NCBI GenBank assembly: GCA_963778115.1 | Contig: CAVZSV010000004.1 | Coordinates: 2,916,658 to 2,980,657 of the forward strand | Length of the DNA stretch: 64,000 nucleotides | Direction of reading: 5' to 3' | Origin: an uncultured delta proteobacterium | Lineage (GTDB): Bacteria > Bdellovibrionota > FAC87 > UBA2466 | Part shown: in pieces, positions 9,892 to 20,276 of the stretch | How positions within the stretch are numbered: the stretch's first letter is position 1 | Layout of the letters: each line of letters begins with the position of its first letter | The notes under the pieces: generated by a model | The model's input: only the letters and a program-made list of their open reading frames with translations | Databases searched by the model: none | What the model was told of the DNA's origin: nothing | Position numbers and translations under genes: made by a program

Positions 9892-10053
9892 GTGAAACTA
9901 CCAATTTGGTTGGGATTTGTTTTTAGACTTTGCGTCGCGTTAACGCTTTTCTTGGTGGCGGCTGTATTGCGCCATTCCACTCCCAGGATCCGGCCCGGTT
10001 CGACTGTTATTAAGGCTCAACAGCCAACCATGGCTCTGTGGTCGGTGCCCTAA
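9892..10053 (+). CDS. Small 53-aa hydrophobic peptide
   Basis: MKLPIWLGFVFRLCVALTLFLVAAVLRH...; preceded by RBS and sigma54 promoter. Confidence 0.5.
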   Translation: MKLPIWLGFVFRLCVALTLFLVAAVLRHSTPRIRPGSTVIKAQQPTMALWSVP

Positions 10054-10100
10054 ACTCATTTCAAGTCAGCGAGCCGATCTTGTAGCTCAGTGGAGTCCCT

Positions 10101-11819
10101 ATGCATCTGGCTCAATCCTATGCCCATTGGAAATCCCGCGTCTTTAGTTTTGAGTTTCCTCTCAACAACCAGTTTCGAGCCGTTGATAGGGAATGCCTAA
10201 ACTGGCGAATTGCCATGAGTGCTCTCGAAGCCGTTCTCATTCTTTGCGGAGTCTATCTCGTTTCTTCCCTCATTAACGTGAAAAGTACCGTGGAATCGGT
10301 GGGCATGACGGTTGCCTTTTTAGTTGCGTCCGCGGGAACCGGTTGGCTTAGGCTATTTACCCAGAGGAACTATCAAAACCACTTACAAATGCACTTTCGC
10401 CGGGCTCTGCTGCAGCAACTGCATGACGTCGCTTTGGACACCCTTTCAGCCAACCGTCGCGACGAATGGGTCGGCCGACTAAAGAAGGACTTGGCGGATA
10501 TGGAAACGTTCCTAATCCATCGCTTCCCCCTCCATGTGGGCAGCCTAATCCTATTGGTATTTTCGCTAATCGTCGTATTTTTTGATTTCTCTCTCAGGGT
10601 GGCCTTGCTCATGTCCGTGGGTGTTTTGGTGGAAATCTTTTTATCGCTGGAGATGTCCCGAAGGCTCGAACAGAGAAATGCCAGACGAAACCGCTTCTCG
10701 ACGGATGGAGAGGAGATCTTCGCCGAAAGTTGCGAAGGAATTCGCACCATTCGCTCTTTTGGCATGGAGCCCTACCTCCAACGTCGCTTTGATCATCTAA
10801 TGACCGAGACCCTTTATCGAGATTCCAGAGTCGAAAATAAAACGAGAACCTTGTTTGCTCTAAAGGATCGAATTCCTCTGATTGCCATTGCTACAATCGT
10901 TATCGTCGTTTCAATGATGTCGAGCTATGAGCCCCAAGAGATATTGCAAGTCTTCTTACTTTCGGTAGTCACTTTCTTAAGCGCCGAGAAAGTCGCGGAT
11001 GGTTTTATTGATTTAAGAAAATCCCAGATACCGGCCGAACGGTTGGCAGATATCTTTTCGGCCAAACGAGAAGTCCCGGTTACTATTTCCGGCTTCGACA
11101 CCCTTCAAGCTGGGAAAGTAGGCACTCTTCTAATGAAGGATATGGTTCTTGAAACCGCGGATGGTTTAGTGGGGCCTCTTACCATCCGTCAGGCGCGCGG
11201 TCAGTTAAATGTTCTTTCTGGCCCCTCGGGAGCCGGAAAATCAAGCATCATGGAAATTCTGGCGGGATTACGCCCCGCAGTGAGCGGAAGCTTTCGTCTG
11301 GAAGATACCGAAGGGCGGCTTTTATGGAACATGGGAAATCTAAGGCCTCGAGTGCCCATGGCCATTACGGCCTATGTGGAGCAGTTCCCGTTTATTTTCG
11401 AAGGGACCCTGCGAGAAAATCTGTTATTCGGCAACCACCAGCGATTAAGCGATACCGTCATCTGGGACATGCTAGAGAGTGTTGCATTGGATGAGACAGT
11501 TAAAAAACAAGGCGGTTTGGATTGCGAGGTCAAACGACGGGGTAAGGCATTCTCCAAAGGAGAGCGCTACCGCATCGCTCTTTGCCGGGCGCTGCTCTTG
11601 CGGCGTCCTTTCTTAGTTCTCGATGAGCCGTTTCGGCATCTCGATGACAACTCCATGTCGATGATCATAGATACTTTGCGCCGGCAACGATCGGGGACCG
11701 GTATTTTTATCGCTACCCGCTTTATTCCCAAAGCGCTCAGGGTCGACGCGGTGTTAACCGTCGGAGAATCAACTCCTCTGCCTTCAAAACTTCATACTCT
11801 GGCCCCTCCCGCGGTTTAA
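10101..11819 (+). CDS. ABC exporter, fused permease + ATPase
   Basis: TM domain (GIRTIRSFG), Walker A GPSGAGKS, signature FSKGE, Walker B LVLDE. Confidence 0.9.
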   Translation: MHLAQSYAHWKSRVFSFEFPLNNQFRAVDRECLNWRIAMSALEAVLILCGVYLVSSLINVKSTVESVGMTVAFLVASAGTGWLRLFTQRNYQNHLQMHFRRALLQQLHDVALDTLSANRRDEWVGRLKKDLADMETFLIHRFPLHVGSLILLVFSLIVVFFDFSLRVALLMSVGVLVEIFLSLEMSRRLEQRNARRNRFSTDGEEIFAESCEGIRTIRSFGMEPYLQRRFDHLMTETLYRDSRVENKTRTLFALKDRIPLIAIATIVIVVSMMSSYEPQEILQVFLLSVVTFLSAEKVADGFIDLRKSQIPAERLADIFSAKREVPVTISGFDTLQAGKVGTLLMKDMVLETADGLVGPLTIRQARGQLNVLSGPSGAGKSSIMEILAGLRPAVSGSFRLEDTEGRLLWNMGNLRPRVPMAITAYVEQFPFIFEGTLRENLLFGNHQRLSDTVIWDMLESVALDETVKKQGGLDCEVKRRGKAFSKGERYRIALCRALLLRRPFLVLDEPFRHLDDNSMSMIIDTLRRQRSGTGIFIATRFIPKALRVDAVLTVGESTPLPSKLHTLAPPAV

Positions 11820-11831
11820 CACGAGCTATTG

Positions 11832-11840
11832 TGTTAAAAT
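11832..11840 (+). promoter_or_regulatory. Extended -10 promoter (TGtTAAAAT), probable leaderless asnB transcript
   Basis: 6 nt before ATG 11847; no SD sequence. Confidence 0.5.
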
Positions 11841-11846
11841 GGCCGA

Positions 11847-13120
11847 ATGTGCGGCTTTGTCGGTTTCTATACCCGAACGAAAATCCCGGTTCTCACCCTA
11901 GAAGCGATGGCTCAGTCGATTTCGCACCGCGGGCCTGATGATGAAGGCTTCTTTGGGGTGACCGATACCTTTCAACCGCGTTGCTGGAAAGATCGAGGCA
12001 GGGAGGCGTCAGAGCTTATACTGGGCCTTGGCTTCCGAAGACTTTCTATCATCGATCTCTCCAGTGATGGCGCGCAACCCATGCAATCCAAAGAGGGTCG
12101 GTATTGCATCTGCTTTAACGGCGAAATTTACAACTACCTGGAACTCAAAAAAGAGTTAGCTGGATTTACTTTCCGTTCGAAATCCGACACTGAAGTGCTT
12201 CTCGAGCTTTTTGCGAGGTTCCAAGACAAAGCCCTTCCGCGGCTAAATGGCATCTTTGCCTTCGCCGTCTACGATAAAGAGACGCGAAAACTTTGGCTGG
12301 TACGGGATCAATTCGGAGTCAAACCGCTTTATTATTTTCAAGACGAGCGAGGTATCTTTTTTGCTTCCGAAATACGAGCCCTGCTGAAGGCCAAGACTAC
12401 AAAGCCTTCTCTCGATAAAACACTCGTATCACGCTATCTCATGAATGGCTGGATTCCCGATCCCGATACTATGTTTGAAGGGATTAAAAAGCTTGAGGCT
12501 GGTCATTGGCTTCAAATTGATAGCGATCTCCATATTAAAAATCAACAGTATTGGGATCTCGATTTCAAACCGGCAAACAACTTAACCAAGGACGATTGGT
12601 TAAGTCAGCTAGACGCGGTTCTTAGTCGTTCGGTGGAGCGTCAGTTAAGAAGTGACGTGCCAGTAGCCTTTTTTCTAAGTGGCGGTGTTGACTCTTCCCT
12701 GCTTGCGGCACGTGCCGTTTCCGTCCAGAAGGTGAGGCCCACGACATTTACTATCGGTTTTAAATGGAATCATTCCAAAGAAGACACTTTGGACGTCGAA
12801 GCGGCCCGTCTCATGGCTAAAGAATATAACTTCGATCACAACGAGATCTTACTCGAACCCGATATTGTCTCATTATTGCCTAAAATCATTTCGACCCTTG
12901 AAGAGCCGATTTCTGATCCGGCGGCCTTATGCAGCTACCTTATTTGTGAAGCGGCAAGTACGAAGTTCAAAGTGTTAATTAGCGGGCAGGGGGGAGACGA
13001 ACTTTTTGGAGGCTACCCGGTTTATCGTTCGGGACTAGCCACTCGGTGGGGCCAAAAGTTTCCCAATCCGGTGACAAGCGCTCTATTTTCTGCCAGTCGT
13101 CATATTCCCTATTCGATAGG
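11847..13120 (+). CDS. asnB: Asparagine synthase (glutamine-hydrolysing) family amidotransferase, truncated at junction
   Basis: MCGF, HRGPDD, RRLSIIDL, FNGEIYN, FLSGGVDSS, SGQGGDELFGGY; similarity is lost after ~13120. Confidence 0.92.
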
Positions 13121-15334
13121 ATCCCGTCGATCCCAGAATCAACCCCGTGGCCATCTCGCATCTGAGAATAACGGCCGGCGGTCGATCGTACTCGGTTCTT
13201 TCTCGGGTCGGCTTCGCGGGTCTCGACTACTCGGCCAGATCCAACAAGTACGCGCATCATCTGGTCCTCGACTCCGACGAGCGGCCCAAGGCGGGCCCTG
13301 CCTGGCTGGCGAGCCAACCCGGAATCTTGCAGGCCGCATGGGAAGGTGAGCCGCGAATTTTGCAGGCGGCCCGCGCCTGCCTCGGGGAGACCTTCGGCCC
13401 GACGTCGCCCGAAACTGGCAAGCCCGAGCTGGCGACGCCGGGTGGGCGGGCGTCCTCGCCGAGGCTTTCCTGGCCGATCCACGCAAGTTGGCCTACCTCA
13501 TCTTCGAGCCGGGGATGGAGATCCTGCCGCTTTTTACCGAGGCGATTTCGCTTCTCCCGCCCGAACGCCGATGGGACGTGGAATTCAGCACTTATTTCAC
13601 GCAGCTTCCGCAAGGAAGCCTTTGCCAGTGGCGAGCGGTTCTGGCTGGAACTCCCGAGGCGAAGGACGTCCGCCGACTCCCGGGGACCTTGGTCCTCGAC
13701 CTTCGCCGCCCACTCGGCGAGGCCAAAGGTGGCGACCTGGTTCATCTGGCTCGGACAGGCAAGCTTCCGGAGCGAATTCCGGGCTCGCCGAGTCCTGAGA
13801 ATTCCAACCTCGAACCGCCGGCGGCGAAGCCGTCGAATCGGCAACTCACAGGCTTCCCGGGCCTTCCCGAACTCCCCCCGCGGGGCCTCCGGAACTCTCC
13901 GATCGAGGCTCCAACCCACATCGAGCGCCCATCATCCGGAGCGTCCGCGACCTCGAAGGTCAGAGCGACGATCCCGACGGCCTCCCCTGGGGCCGGATCG
14001 CCGCCGGGATCGTCGCATCGCTTTTGGTTGCGTTGGCGCGGCGTGGTGGTCGGGGATGTTGACTGATGTGAAAAACTTCATTCCTGGATTATCCAGCCGT
14101 GGCGAGGTCATCGCAAAGGCGGAGGAACATGTTAAGACAGAGAAGTCGAATCCGGTAACTGTCGCCCAGGTAAAGCCACCCCAACAACCTTCGGTTGAAC
14201 AATCGGGCAAATCCATGAAGGCTCCCGAAGCGGTTATAGGGAGCAATCCGTCCGCGATTGCACCTCAGGTCGAGCCACCAAGGGCAATCATTGAAGCCAA
14301 AATAAAGCCCAAAAAACCACCATACAAAAAAATACATGTCCTTGACGTACCCATGCCAGGAACCGCTCTAACTAGTGACCCGTCAAAGGCAAAAAGTGAA
14401 AACATCGACGGTGCAGACGGCCAAGTGCCGCTTCTAGAGGAGATTACAAGTCTGACCATCGCGTTGAGCAATCCGGCAAATAACTCATCAATAGGATCAA
14501 GCAGTAATCAATTAGAGTTTAAAAATGAACCTGATGGGTTCTCGGTTTTCAGACCATCAGCGGGCTCCAAGATAGCTGGAGGGCCAATCACATTGGGTTC
14601 GTTCTCCAAAAAGAAGACACATATTCTCTTCAGGTGGATCGACCACACCGAGCAATTCGAGCTGCTTGACCAATTCAGGGATAGTGTCCTTACAGCAAAG
14701 ACCAAGGATAATGGAACACATTATATTTTGCTCAGATCTTTAGGATCCTTATTGCCTATCAGTAAGCCTGAAGGCCTACTCATTATCGGTCCTCATGCGA
14801 AGAGCGAGGATGATTATGGAATTCGCCACTCCCGAACAGAATGGCTTAAATCAGACGGGCGTCGAAAAATCTCGATGGGACTTGAGAATTAAAGATTGGA
14901 AAATTGATTTAGAGCACGAAGGAACCTCAATCGCGTTCTCGAAAGCCAATTTCCCGGAGATCAGAGAAGGTGAGAATGATGTAGCTCAAATCCCAGTGAA
15001 TAACCGTGGATTTGGATTTTCGGTCTCAATCGATCCAACTAAGAAGAACGAGATTCGTATCGTCCTGCGATATGATGCCGGAGTGGTGATAACAAAGAAG
15101 AATGAAAGTCGAAACGAATTGGATGAGGCCCAGAAGCAACTATCCAAAGAGCTTCCTCCGAAAAAAAAGGAAGAGATAAACGACAAGATACGAGACTTAA
15201 AGCTTATTAACGAAGAGTTACAACATGTTCAATTGTCACGCAAGCGAAAGTTAAGCTGCATAATCTCTCTTCGCGCCGGCGATGAAGACATAGAAATTGC
15301 GCGATTCGGGACATTCCCAAAAGTCAAGCAATAA
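13120..15334 (+). CDS. GAP1-N2/GAP1-M domain membrane protein (GTPase-associated conflict system); 5'-truncated, frameshifted
   Basis: NPVAISHLR...VLSRVGFAGLDYSARSNKYAHHLVL (GAP1-N2-like); LPLFTEAISLLPPERRWDVEFSTYF (GAP1-M-like); Pro linker, TM segment, low-GC C-terminal region. Confidence 0.72.
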
Positions 15335-15368
15335 TTGCTCTGGATACTTGGCCTCAGGAGCGTGAACC

Positions 15369-16469
15369 ATGGCCGATCATCATCAACTTGTCGATCAGAT
15401 CCGGGCGTTTGTGCAGTCGAGCGACCAGACGCTGACTCCTCGCCTGGAAGAACTCGCCAAGGAATATGCCGATGCGTGCGTGAGCATCAACACGAGGTTG
15501 AGCCGTTGTCAGCGGCTCTTGCAGCAGGGGCTGAGGTCGGAGGCGATCCAGTCCGCCGAGTCCGAGCCCAAGCTCCTCGACGTGATCGCCGCGCTCGACT
15601 TTCCCGAACGGCCCGAGTGGGACGAAATCGCGAGCCTCTATGGATTGCCCGCGGCGCCTCCGATGTCCATCGAAGCGGCCGGATTTCTCAACGAAGCCTA
15701 CGCGCTGGAAGATCCGCTTCGGGAGCTTCTTCGCAGCCACCGGCGGCTGGCGCTGACTCCGCGCTCCGCTGATCGACCGGATCGCCGTGCTCCGGAAGTT
15801 GGCGGTGCAGGATTCCACCAATCCGATCTGGAGCGACGATCAACGGACCTTCGAGAAAGTTCGATTTCGCCAGATCCAGGCCGAGGCGACGGACGCGGCG
15901 AAGCGGCAGGACGTCGCCGGGGTGGGCCGGCTCCTCGCCGAGCTCGATCATTCGCTCTGGGTCGAACCGCCTCCCGCCTCGCTTGTCCAAGGGCTGCGCA
16001 AGGCCGACTCCCAACTCCGGGGCCGCCAGACTCGGGCCAGCCTGGCGGAAGTTGAAGGAGAGCTGAGTGATGCCTTCGCGTCAAGGACTCGTTCCGCGCC
16101 CGCGAAATCCGCCGTCGCTGGCAATCGTTGATCGATCGCGAACAGATCCCCGCAGACGATCCGCTTCGAGTCCGGGTCGCCCCGTTTTTCGCCTGGCTCC
16201 GCGAGGAAGATCACCGTGAAGAGGATATGGTTGTAGGTGAATCCATAATCAGAAGTCATTTACGTAGGGTGGGTCGAGCTTGCGAAGACGCCACCGACTC
16301 TTTTAACTCGCGCGGTTTCAAGCGGGCGGTGTCCGTTCTATTTGTTGACCCACAAGCGTCAATAACACCAATTCCAATTCCATTCCAGCAAATCCTGTCG
16401 GAAGCGTCTGAGAATCGGTTTCCACGAGGAGTGACACCGATTTCCCGTGGATGCTCAAGGCGGCCCTGA
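15369..16469 (+). CDS. Helical planctomycete protein following GAP1 (frameshifted, possibly truncated)
   Basis: RBS AGGAG; RLSRCQRLLQQGLRSEAIQ..EPKLLD..LDFPE; pieces continue in ORFs at 15787 and 16128. Confidence 0.65.
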
Positions 16470-16609
16470 AGGAACCGTCCAAGGATCGATCCCTTGTCAA
16501 GAGCAAGCCAAGGCCGGATAATGTCGAGTCAAGCCGAGGTCGCCAACACGACTTCCCACTGAGCTTGGGACATCATCAAGCCATCCCGATAGTCGCAGGT
16601 AACCCTTCA

Positions 16610-19600
16610 ATGGCCGATGTCGTCATCGAGAATCCGATCCTCAACTCGCCTTTCAGCGAGCCCACCAGCATTTCAAGTTCACCGATGACGGAATCACGAA
16701 CGAAATCGTCGAGGGCCGGCGCATCCAGCTCCTATTTCATCCCGATCGCCCAGCCGAAGAAGAAGGGCAAGCAACTCGCCTTCGACACCGAGTGGACCCA
16801 GGACCGGATCGAGGAGAACAAGCTCGTCAACCGCATCCGGCCGCGCATCGCGCATCTGGCGGGAAGGCGGATACGTCGGCGTAACGCCGACCACCGCCAG
16901 GCTTGCTTGCAATACTGGACACGACCCCGACCGCGAGAAGAAGCTGTTCTTCTGCCAGATCGAAGCCCTCGAGACCGCCATCTACATCACCGAGGTCGCC
17001 AAGAAGTACGGCGACGCCTGGATCGAGAACGACGCTCCGCGAGGCGAACGACACCTCGAACCCCGGCCTGCCGCGCATCGCCTTCAAGATGGCGACCGGA
17101 TCGGGCAAGACGGTCGTCATGGCCATGCTCATCGCCTGGCAGGCACTCGAACAAGCTCGCGAATCCGCAGGATGCCCGCTTCACCGAACGCTTTCTGATC
17201 GTCACCCCCGGCATCACGATCCGCGACCGGCTGCGCGTCCTCCTGCCGAACGACCCCGACAACTACTACCGCCAGCGCGACATCGTCCCCGGCCATCAGC
17301 TTGAAAAGCTCGGCCAGGCGAAGATCGGTCATCACCAACTTCCACGCCTTCCAGCTTCGCGAGACGGTCAAGGCCGGCAAGCTCACCAAGAGCATCGTCT
17401 CCAGCGGCGAGCCGGAGGCATTCACCGAGACCCCCGACCAGATGGTGCGCCGCGTCTGCCGCGAGCTGGGCACCAAGAAGAACATCGTCGTCCTCAACGA
17501 CGAGGCCCACCACTGCTACCGCCGCAAGCCCGACGCCGCCGAGAGCGAAGACGCTCACCGGCGACGATCGGAAGGAAGCCGAGAAGCGCGAAGAGGAGGC
17601 CCGGATCTGGATTTCCGGCATCGAGGCCATCAAGGCCAAGATCGGCGTCAAGGCGATCTACGACCTGTCCGCCACGCCGTTCTTTCTCAAGGGCTCCGGC
17701 TACGCCGAAGGGACGCTCTTCCCCTGGGTCGTCTCCGACTTCTCCCTGATCGACGCCATCGAGTCGGGCATCGTCAAGGTTCCCCGCGTCCCAGTTTCCG
17801 ACGACTCGATGCAGGGCGACCAACCCACCTACCGCGACCTCTGGCTGCGCATCCGCGACCACCTCCCCAAGAAGGGACGCAAGACCGAGGAGCTCGACGA
17901 AGCAGCCCAAGCTCCCCGCCGAGCTGGAAGGGGCGATTCACAGCCTCTACGGCAACTACGAAAAGTATCACGAGCTCTGGGAGAAGAACGCCGACGCCCA
18001 GGCGAAGGGACTGACGCCGCCCGTCTTCATCGTCGTCTGCAACAACACCAACGTCTCCAAGCTCGTCTTCAACTACATCGCCGGCTGGGAGAAAACCGCT
18101 CGCCGACGGCTAGACGGTCATCGTCCCAGGCCAGCTGCCGCTGTTCAGCAACGAGCAACGGACGGCGCTGGAGCCACCGCCCGAACACGATCCTGGTCGA
18201 CAGCGAGCAGCTCGAATCGGGCGAAGCGCATGAGCGCCGAGTTCAAGAAGATCGCCGCCCGCGAGATCGAGGAGTTCAAGGCCGAGTACCGCGCCCGTTT
18301 CCCCGGCCGCGACGCCGACAGCCTCTCCGACGAAGACCTGCTCCGCGAGAGGTGATGAACACCGTCGGCAAGCCCGGCAAGCTCGGCGAACACGTCAAGT
18401 GCGTGGTCAGCGTCTCGATGCTCACCGAAGGCTGGGACGCCAACACCGTCACCCATGTTCTCGGCGTCCGGGCCTTCGGCACGCAGCTTCTTTGCGAGCA
18501 GGTCGTCGGCCGGGCCTTGCGCCGCATGAGCTACGCCGCCAACGACGAACGGGCTGCTTCGAGCCCGAATACGCCGAGGTCTACGGCGTGCCGTTCTCGT
18601 TCATCCCCTGTTCAGGCTCGATCGCCAGATCCCAAGCCCGGCCCGATGCCGACGCGCGTTCGCGCCCTGGAGAGCCGGATCGCTTGCGAGATCACCTTCC
18701 CCCGGCTGCTCGGCTATCGCTACGAGATGCCAGGCAAGACGCTGCCGTGCCAAGTTCACCGACGATTCCGATGCTCGCCCTGACAACGGCCGACCTGCCG
18801 ACCAAGACCGAGAACGCCCCGATCGTCGGCGAGAGCAGCATCCACACGCTCGACGAACTCAAGAGCCGCCGCGACCAACGAGGTCGCCTTCCTGCTGGCC
18901 AAGCTCACCCTGGAGAAATACTTCCGCCAGGACGGCGAGACTCGCACGGAAACGGCCGATCACACGTTCGACAGCGAGGTTCAAGCCTGGCTCTTCCCGC
19001 AGGTGCTCGCGATCACCAAGCGCTGGCTCGCCGAGTGCGTCCATTGCAAGGACCACACGTTCCCGCAGCTCCTCCTCCTGCATCGAGTTCGCCCACGACG
19101 CCGCCGACCGCATCTACAAGGCGCATCGTGCGCGGCTCGAACGCTCGCCGGACGGCACGCCGACGCTCAGGCCGATCCTGCGGCCCTATGACACGCTCGG
19201 CTCGACCCGTTACGTCGATTTCGACACGACCCGGCCCGTCTACGCGACCCGCGCCGACAAGTGCCACATCTCGCACGTCGTCGCCGACACCGACTCGTGG
19301 GAGCAGAAGATGGCCCAGGCCCTCGAAGACATGGCCGAGGTGATCCGCTACGTCAAGAACCACAACCTCGGCTTCACGATCCCCTACACGATCAACGGCG
19401 AGGAGCATCAGTATCACCCCGACTTCATCGCCCGCATCGACGACGGGCACGGCCAGGACGACCTGCTCAACCTGATCATCGAAGTCACCGGCGAGAAGAA
19501 GAAGGACAAGGCCGCCAAGGTCGCGACGGCGCGGACGCTCTGGGTGCCCGCCGTCAACAACCACGGCGCCTTCGGCCGCTGGGCGTTCCTCGAAATCGCC

Positions 19601-19666
19601 GACCCGTGGGATGGGCAGAGCGCCATTCGAGACTACTTGCAGTCCGAGAGGGCGGTCCTCCGATGA
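16610..19666 (+). CDS. Type III restriction enzyme Res subunit (BPTD_3080-like helicase-nuclease), frameshifted
   Basis: MADVVIENPILNSPF, KMATGSGKT, NDEAHHCY, MLTEGWD, QLLCEQVVGR, PDFIARID..IIEVTG. Confidence 0.92.
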
Positions 19667-20106
19667 CACAGCTCGACACCGACCAGAAAGACCCGGAAAC
19701 TCACGCGATCATCGGTTCGGCGATGGAAGTCCATCGTCAGCTAGGGCCGGGATTCCTGGAACTTGTCTATCACAAGGCCCTGGAGATCGAATTGGCGGCG
19801 CGAGCGATTCCCGCCGTCCGCGAGGTGGATGTCCCCGTGTATTACAAGGGCCACCGGCTCGATTGCGCCTACCGACCCGATTTCCTCTGCTTCGGACGTG
19901 TGATCGTCGAGTTGAAAGCCCTCTCGGCGATCACCGGAGTCGAGGAAGCCCAGGTGCTGAACTACCTCAAGGCCACGGGGCTCGAATGCGGCTTGCTCCT
20001 GAACTTCGGCCGATCGAGCCTGCAATTCAAACGATTCATCTTCACCAACCATCACAAGAGTCAATCCACAGATTACAGATTAACACAGATTCAGACAAAC
20101 TTCTGA
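19663..20106 (+). CDS. GxxExxY protein (PD-(D/E)XK fold)
   Basis: AMEVHRQLGPGFLELVYHKAL, IVELKA, AQVLNYLKATG..GLLLNFG; ATGA overlap with Res. Confidence 0.95.
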   Translation: MTQLDTDQKDPETHAIIGSAMEVHRQLGPGFLELVYHKALEIELAARAIPAVREVDVPVYYKGHRLDCAYRPDFLCFGRVIVELKALSAITGVEEAQVLNYLKATGLECGLLLNFGRSSLQFKRFIFTNHHKSQSTDYRLTQIQTNF

Positions 20107-20229
20107 AGTGATTGAATCTGCGGAAATCTGCGTAATCTGTGGATCATTATTATGATTATTCTCATTCATATTAGCGGTGACAATCGATGATGTATTTTAA
20201 TCTGTGGAAATCTGCGTAATCCGCGGATC
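20064..20229. repeat. CAGATT/AATCTG long inverted repeat plus extra arm downstream of GxxExxY
   Basis: atccacagattacagattaacacagattca pairs with tgaatctgcggaaatctgcgtaatctgtggat; a second copy of the right arm lies at ~20199-20229. Confidence 0.85.
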
Positions 20230-20276
20230 ATGATTCTGGTCAATATTGCTGATCACTCTTCTCTGCGGGATGATTC

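Noticed and set aside
9892..13120. Lasso peptide cluster (peptide + ABC + AsnB-like cyclase)
   Set aside because: AsnB retains the N-terminal Cys glutaminase domain and appears to have its own promoter; no B protein/RRE is present; the peptide lacks an acidic ring-forming residue
11847..13349. Novel AsnB fusion protein (500-aa ORF)
   Set aside because: The tail is out-of-frame read-through across the junction
20064..20229. CRISPR array
   Set aside because: The repeats are inverted and degenerate, with no regular spacers and no cas genes
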